From: Paraspadella gotoi
Lineage: Eukaryota > Animalia > Chaetognatha
Length of the DNA stretch: 64,000 bases
Direction: 5' to 3'
Assembly (NCBI GenBank): GCA_051294375.1
Contig: CM119268.1
Span: forward strand, 19,806,785-19,870,784
Both the position numbers and the translations under genes were made by a program. Below are positions 61,901 through 64,000 of the stretch, piece after piece. How positions within the stretch are numbered: position 1 is the stretch's first letter; each line of letters begins with the position of its first letter. Below the pieces are notes generated by a model, which searched no databases, was not told where the DNA came from, and saw only the letters and a program-made list of their open reading frames with translations.

Positions 61901-63680
61901 TGTCGTCCATCTCCAACGTGTTGTTGGTTTATGCCTGGTCATGACCTAAAAATAACCTAAAAACTCAACAGGCCGATATGAATTTCATTTAATTGATCAA
62001 TCAATCATTCAATTAATCATGTTGGTGTTATATATAAAACATTGAATAAAAATAAAGTACGGCCTTTTTTAAAACGGGGCACTCCCATGAAAAAAGATTC
62101 TGCGAAGTGAGAAAAATAGGAAATCTGAGTGACGCGACGAAAGAAAATGATTAATAAATAACGTTTTTCTGCCGCGTTTTAAACAGGAAATCGAAATCCG
62201 TATTTCCGAAGTCCCAACGCCGTTTTTATTTACTTCCGCCAGGAAGAACCGAATTTTCATTCGAATTTTAAATAAAACCAGAAAAACATGGGAAATAAAC
62301 GAAATAAAATAACTAATTATGGTGGATCTAAAATCCACCAACCGTTCATCACAGCGCCATTGGTGCCGGAGGCAAGTCATTCGCCTCCCAACCCAAAGGT
62401 CCGGGTTCTAGCCGGTGGTCGCTGGCAGTTTAAGAGGGACCGGGGCGCTTAACCCGCCTGTAAACATGTGTTAGCATAGGCCCTGATCCGAAGCTCAGGG
62501 ACTGCTTATATTGAACGGTTTGTCACTAACACATATTCAATAATTACTGTCTCTCATTGGTGAGCCCGACTTCCCGAACACATCAGCACAACAACTTTCA
62601 GGCGACAAATGCCTCAACCTGGCGATGCACTTGTCCGCCACAACAGCATCAGGCGACATGCCTCACTTGGTGACGAACTTTCCACCAACAAGCAATTCAC
62701 TGAAGAGACGCAACAGACATCTTCCGTACCGGGAGGGGGGGATGTATGGGTGGGAACTAAAATCCACCAACCGTTCATTCAGCGGCCGATTGGTGCCGGA
62801 GGCCAAAGTCATTCGCCTCACCAAAACCAAAGGTCCGGGGTTCTAGCCGGTGGTCGTCTGCAATTAAGAGGGACGGGCGCTTACGCCGCCTGTAACGATG
62901 GGTTAGCTGATCGAAGCTCAGGGACTGCTTATAATTGAACGGTTCTTGTCCACTAACACATATCAAATAATTACTGTCTCTTCCTATTAATTAAATGGAA
63001 AAATAGTAATCTATAAAAACGGAAGACGAGCTTTTCCAGCTCACAGAAAAGAAAAAAAGCCTTTTAGAAAAGCCTGAGCGCCATCGAATTAAAGTAAAAA
63101 AATAGGCCTAAGTCCCTTATCAAGGCGCCGGGGGGCCTGTTAACTTTAGAGAAAAAAATACCCGAAAAAGAGCCAAGAAAGGCTCCGAAGCGCTCCCGAC
63201 GGAGTTTAATTTATATAAAAAATGAAAAATATAATATAACAATAATAATAATTCATTAAAAATTAAACCCAGTTATACAAAAACGTTCGTTATTTTTTAA
63301 CAAAAAATTCTCTAAATAATTTTTTACTTTAAAAACGCCGTCGTCCAAAAAAATTGAAAAAACTTCTGCGCCCCCGTTTTAAGATAAAAAATGGTCTGGC
63401 CGTATAGAACGGGACGAATTAAAGCCTCGTAAGTAAATATCATTCTCTTCATATTTGTTAAGGGCTTTTGAGACTATTAAATATCGTTAATATTTTGAAT
63501 AAATATCTTTGTTTAAAAAAGTGCTAAAATTAAAAAAAAATTAGAGGAATGGACAAAGTTTTTGTTTGCAACGAATTTTTTTATAGTTGAACAGACATTT
63601 TTTCGACTTGTTTTAACGTCTTCCATAACAGCGTTTTGAACAGACATGGTTTAACATTTTGCATAAGAAGAGAGAGAGAT

Positions 63681-63717
<37 letters not shown>

Positions 63718-63905
63718 ATAGGGTAAAAGTTTCCAACAAAGTGTGAGCAGAATAGTGGTCAGATGAGAGGACAGTCAAGGTGAAGGAACAGATTGAATTA
63801 GTTGTGAAGTGGCCAACCAGGGGCTGTCCAAGTAAACTCGACTGACGCAGGTTCTCCTCCACGCCCCCAGGAAAGCGAACGCGGGAGCTGCTGCTGAAGA
63901 GCCGG
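58570..63905. repeat. Large inverted duplication (~58570-60805 and ~60970-63905) centred on a gap
   Basis: Reverse-complement collinearity; right arm carries an extra TRIM. Confidence 0.8.
62318..62984 (+). mobile_element. Complete TRIM family A copy (noisy sequence; TSD ~TATT)
   Basis: Two LTRs, PBS, PPT; empty site present in the opposite arm at ~59490-59515. Confidence 0.85.
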
Positions 63906-64000
63906 GGCGAAAGCCAGAATAAAGATAACATTGACCTTAAAAAAGACTGTCACTCAAAAAGACCGAGAGAGAAAGATAGGCGAGGCATAATATTTCTACA

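Overview
AT-rich, gap-containing eukaryotic (probably invertebrate animal) genomic DNA, almost entirely transposable elements, with several duplicated or noisy stretches that look like assembly patches. The only clear host gene is the last two exons of a SYK/ZAP70/Shark-type tyrosine kinase (39047-39943, +). Mobile elements: a decayed CsRn1-like Ty3/Gypsy element (13632-17354, -); a large Ty3/Gypsy element with a gB/chuvirus-like env and an OTU-like domain in pol (20382-38796, +); Penelope-like fragments with minimal hammerhead ribozymes; hAT MITEs with 8-bp TSDs; decayed hAT-like transposases; Helentron/DINE-like repeats. Main finding: a ~0.64-kb non-coding LTR retrotransposon in miniature (TRIM; 4-bp TSD, tRNA-Trp-like PBS, PPT). 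Each LTR carries a tRNA-derived Pol III promoter followed by what reads as a circularly permuted (P5-type) twister ribozyme. A second LTR of different primary sequence (19973-20232) has the same promoter-plus-twister layout with compensatory changes. Together these suggest a Pol III-driven, twister-based LTR retrozyme system, possibly mobilised by CsRn1-like Gypsy elements. All structures were parsed by eye; no searches were run.
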